The notes under the pieces are model-generated. The model saw only the letters and a program-made list of their open reading frames with translations. It made no database searches and was not told the DNA's origin. Both the position numbers and the translations under genes were made by a program. A DNA stretch of 15,186 nucleotides, from positions 1 through 15,186 of the forward strand of contig CAZESS010000030.1 of assembly GCA_964514975.1 (NCBI GenBank), written 5' to 3'. Each line of letters opens with the position of its first letter. Within the stretch, counting starts at the first letter, position 1. Positions 14,280 to 15,186 of this stretch are shown here, one piece after another. Origin of the DNA: an uncultured Thermoplasmatales archaeon (GTDB lineage Archaea > Thermoplasmatota > E2 > UBA202 > DSCA01).

Positions 14280-15186
14280 CTACTGGAGGAGCATGAACAG
14301 CCGCTGCAGCAGCGGAAATCGTTGTGCCAGCAGCCGGAGCAGCGGCGGCAGCGTTGTTTTCGGCGTGGCGACGCTGACGGGGATGGTGGCCGTGTCGCTC
14401 CCGTCGCGAGTGTTGACGATGGTGAGGCTGCCGCTGAAGGAGGCGTTTTCCTGGTCTGGCACCTCGACGGACACCTCGACCGTTGCTGGATGACCCGGCT
14501 TCACGTATTGACGGTCTTCCACGGTAAACGTCCATGCCCCCCAGCCGGGCTGCTCGGCTATCTCCCAGCTAAGGCTTGACAGGTCGTTCCCGACGTTTTT
14601 GACGGTGAACCGACCGGTGACCTCCGTTCCGGGCTGCACCTCGCTCCAGCTGAGGGAGCCGTTGCAGGCGAGGTCCGCCACGGTCGGCGTCCAGGGGTTG
14701 CCAAGCCCTCTGATACAAAAGTTGGCCGACGGGGTGAGATAGGTGAGGTCGAGCCACCGCTGGCCGGTGCGGAAATAACTTTGTCCCACACTGGCGCTCG
14801 AGGTGACCATGGCTCCGTCGCTCTGGACGCCCAGCAAAACGGGGACCTCAGACGTCCGGTCATAGGGATGGCCGCCCCGGGATAGCGAGAGCTGCAGGTA
14901 AAAGTCGTCGCCTGCGGTAAACGCCACCGGCTCGATGTTGATGGTGTGATAGCCCGTGTGCTCGATGGTGCCCCTGGTGCTGGCGAGCTCGTCGTGCAGC
15001 GCTCCATCGGTAAAGCGGTCGTAGACCGTGAGGGTATATGCCTCGCTGTCAGCGGCCGTGTAAAAGCCGACTGACTGGAGCAGCATGTCCTCGCGGGCGG
15101 TGAACGCGTTGAACGCGTCGCTGGCGCGCTCCATGGTGTCTCGCCAGCCGTGGTAGTCGTGTGCGTAGATGGTTTTGTAGGGCATG
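14280..15186 (-). CDS. C-terminal part of a large secreted protein, probably a C1A (papain-like) peptidase with lectin-like and Ig-like domains; truncated by the window edge
   Basis: IYAHDYHGWRD...AFNAF...GFYT...TGYHTI...GQSYF...ANFCIRG resembles the lectin-like domain that follows C1A peptidase domains. It is followed by a beta-rich Ig-like domain (FTVKNVG..LSWEI..PGWG.W.F) and an amphipathic C-terminal tail. The catalytic domain is not in the window. Confidence 0.7.
   Translation of the reverse strand, partial: MPYKTIYAHDYHGWRDTMERASDAFNAFTAREDMLLQSVGFYTAADSEAYTLTVYDRFTDGALHDELASTRGTIEHTGYHTINIEPVAFTAGDDFYLQLSLSRGGHPYDRTSEVPVLLGVQSDGAMVTSSASVGQSYFRTGQRWLDLTYLTPSANFCIRGLGNPWTPTVADLACNGSLSWSEVQPGTEVTGRFTVKNVGNDLSSLSWEIAEQPGWGAWTFTVEDRQYVKPGHPATVEVSVEVPDQENASFSGSLTIVNTRDGSDTATIPVSVATPKTTLPPLLRLLAQRFPLLQRLFMLLQ

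Noticed and set aside
1-15186. Mobile element, defence system or provirus
   Set aside because: No transposase, integrase, nuclease, cas or viral structural genes were recognised; the content is housekeeping.

Overview
Archaeal genomic window, about 60% GC by eye. The gene content and style suggest Thermoplasmatota; that assignment is an inference. It is densely packed with housekeeping genes: an intron-containing elongator tRNA-Met(CAT), tpiA, the archaeal riboflavin-pathway reductase, yjbQ, a gamma-carbonic-anhydrase-like protein, a frameshifted sulfotransferase divergent from a GT4 glycosyltransferase plus DedA-like membrane protein, a secreted lipocalin/AttH-like protein, a COG1031-type radical SAM-TRAM-HhH protein, and a minus-strand run SRP RNA > PolD small subunit (DP1) > hflX > DUF357 > hypB > TraB. 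A small membrane protein, a secreted rhodanese and the C-terminal part of a probable C1A peptidase follow. The main unexplained signal is a 27-bp element, TTCCAGTGGAAAYARGGGGGTGYGGGT. It resembles archaeal origin recognition boxes (ORBs) and occurs three times as isolated copies in promoter regions 3-4.5 kb apart, rather than clustered around an AT-rich unwinding element. Other notable items are an unannotated 41-aa zinc-finger gene that appears to start at ATA and to be co-transcribed with the tRNA, an SRP RNA ending about 7 nt before the DP1 start codon, a +1 homopolymer frameshift in the sulfotransferase, and G58 in the tRNA T-loop.
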